The notes beneath the pieces were generated by a model. The model did no database searches. It was not told where the DNA came from and saw only the letters and a list, made by a program, of their open reading frames with translations. A DNA stretch of 64,000 bases from the human T2T-CHM13v2.0 reference genome, Homo sapiens. Position 1 is the first letter of the stretch, and every line of letters starts with the position of its first letter. The DNA lies in the NCBI RefSeq assembly GCF_009914755.1, contig NC_060941.1; one strand, 5' to 3'. Positions 62,501 to 64,000 of the stretch are shown one piece after another. A program made the translations under genes and the position numbers.

Positions 62501-63500
62501 TTCTCCGGCCAAGCCCAGCTGCCTAGAGCGAGCTCCACTCCTCCATCTGTTCGCCGGGGTCCTCGCTCCCCTGCCGGGGCCGGCGAGACGGCGTGAGGCC
62601 GGAGGGGGATTTGCAAGGAAACCTGCCTGCTTCCCGCTCCCATTGCTCCATCCCCGCTGCCTCCTGCCTCCTGCTTCTCTCCTGCGTCTTTCCAACTCTC
62701 CCCTGTCGCCACTGGTGTGTGTCTGAGTGTGTGCGCGGTTTTTTTTTTTTAATTGCTCTTTGCTTTTGCAACCCTGAAGCAAAAGGGGGGGGGTAGTTAC
62801 AGGGAAAAAAAAAGCGAGAAAGAAGCTCTTAGATTTGCAACACATCGGAAAACCGGGGGAGCACCCCGCCTTATCCGATCTCCATGCTCCGCAAGGGCCT
62901 TCCGGGTTTTAGGACAAGCTTCTCAATGTCCCGTTTCGCTGGGTTTAGGATCCGAGGAGTCCGAGCAAAAAGTTCTCCCCCTGGGTCGTAGTGACGGGTG
63001 TCGGGGTGGGAGTTGCGGGGATTTTTCAAGAAGCAGCAGCTACCCCGGCGTCGGTCACTGGGCCGGGGTAGGGGAAAGAGCAAAATCCCAGTGGGTTTGC
63101 GCGAGGGATCTTCTAGGGTCGAGGCGGGTGTGGGGGGAGTTGGAACCGGGAGACACCGCTTGGCGCATCTCTCCCTCGGTCTCTACCTCCTGTCCTATGC
63201 CAGCTCCCCCTTTAATTTTTTTCCTCTCCTTTAATCTAATTTCTTCCAACTCCACCTTTGTTGTTACCGGCGTCACACCCGGACCAGCCAATCCCCGCCA
63301 CGCAATCAGCTTGTCAAAAAGCCTCGGCCATCCCTAGGAAAGCAGGCCGCAGGCGCTGCCCCCCGGCGGCGGCGGGCAGCCGCGAGGGGAGCCCAGCACC
63401 CGGTTCTCGCTGCCCCGGGTGGCAGCGGGGCAGCCTCCGACAAGACGTCCCTTGGTTCACTGTCCTGCAGGCCGGGGATGAAAGGCCTGGACAGGGTCCA
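59550..63500 (-). promoter_or_regulatory. UBTF: Large UBTF CpG island with several alternative first exons
   Basis: About 4 kb GC/CpG-rich. Minus-strand donors at 60272/60271 (GTGAGC), 60548/60547 (GTAACC), 61838/61837 (GTAAGT) and 62299/62298 (GTGAGT). Confidence 0.8.
61119..61178. repeat. Compound trinucleotide tract (GGT)n(GGC)n(GCT)n(GCC)n; a second GCG/CTG tract at about 60697-60755
   Basis: GGTGGTGGTGGTGGTGCTGGCGGCGGCGGCGGCTGCTGCTGCTGCTGCTGCCGCCGCC seen directly. Confidence 0.9.
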
Positions 63501-64000
63501 CCACCCACTCTCCCACTGCCACGGCCGTGGTTGACTGTCTTTGCCTCCCCTTTTCAGAGGAAAGGTTATCAGGACAGGACGCAGGGAGCCAGAAGACCAT
63601 CTGAAGGAAGCCTGCTTCCAACGGGCCCAGCCTCCAGCCACCGCTCCTGGGGCAGCGCCATTGCTCCTGGCTCTCAGGCTGCCAGTCTCCCACACCGACG
63701 CTCTACTGCCCGCATCTCGGCCAGCTGGGTCACCCAGCCCCTTTCGACTCTCCCCTGGCACGCAGCCTTCTCCTTCACTCGGCCTGCCTCGCTGCTGCTG
63801 TAATTCCTCTTGTCTCCTGGGAGAAATGAGATTGCTTTCCCAGGACTTCCACATCCCACTTCTATCAGGTTTCACCAACAGGGAGGAAGCCCTGTCAAGA
63901 TCTGGTGTGTCCTGTTTTTTTTTTTTTTTTTTCCCAGAGGGCACTGGCATGTAGGAGAAGCGGATTTACCACTAGTAGATGTTAATGAAATTTCAGCTTC

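Overview
Human genomic DNA, recognisable from its proteins as the 17q21.31 cluster. In order: the last exon of HROB/C17orf53 (+), ASB16 (+, 5 coding exons, 453 aa), the antisense lncRNA ASB16-AS1 (-), TMUB2 (+, 321 aa), ATXN7L3 (-, 12 coding exons, 347 aa) and UBTF (-, 20 coding exons, 764 aa) with the mirtron MIR6782. The four complete CDSs were rebuilt by hand from GT-AG junctions and sum to whole reading frames. The region is very Alu-dense, with L1, L2 and MIR remnants and three promoter CpG islands. The most unusual structures are: (1) an ERVK LTR13-type insertion with a U3 end at both termini (full LTR, PBS stub, inverted 252-bp U3 copy, all inside one 6-bp target duplication); (2) a MAST2-SVA (SVA_F1) nested in an Alu-in-Alu, 3'-truncated with an internal-priming signature; (3) a MIR-derived start-codon exon of TMUB2; (4) three uORFs in the ATXN7L3 leader; (5) an unexplained 46-bp repeat shared by UBTF intron 17 and the UBTF 3'UTR. 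Repeat subfamily names and boundaries are by-eye estimates, and gene names rest on recalled sequences, not database searches.
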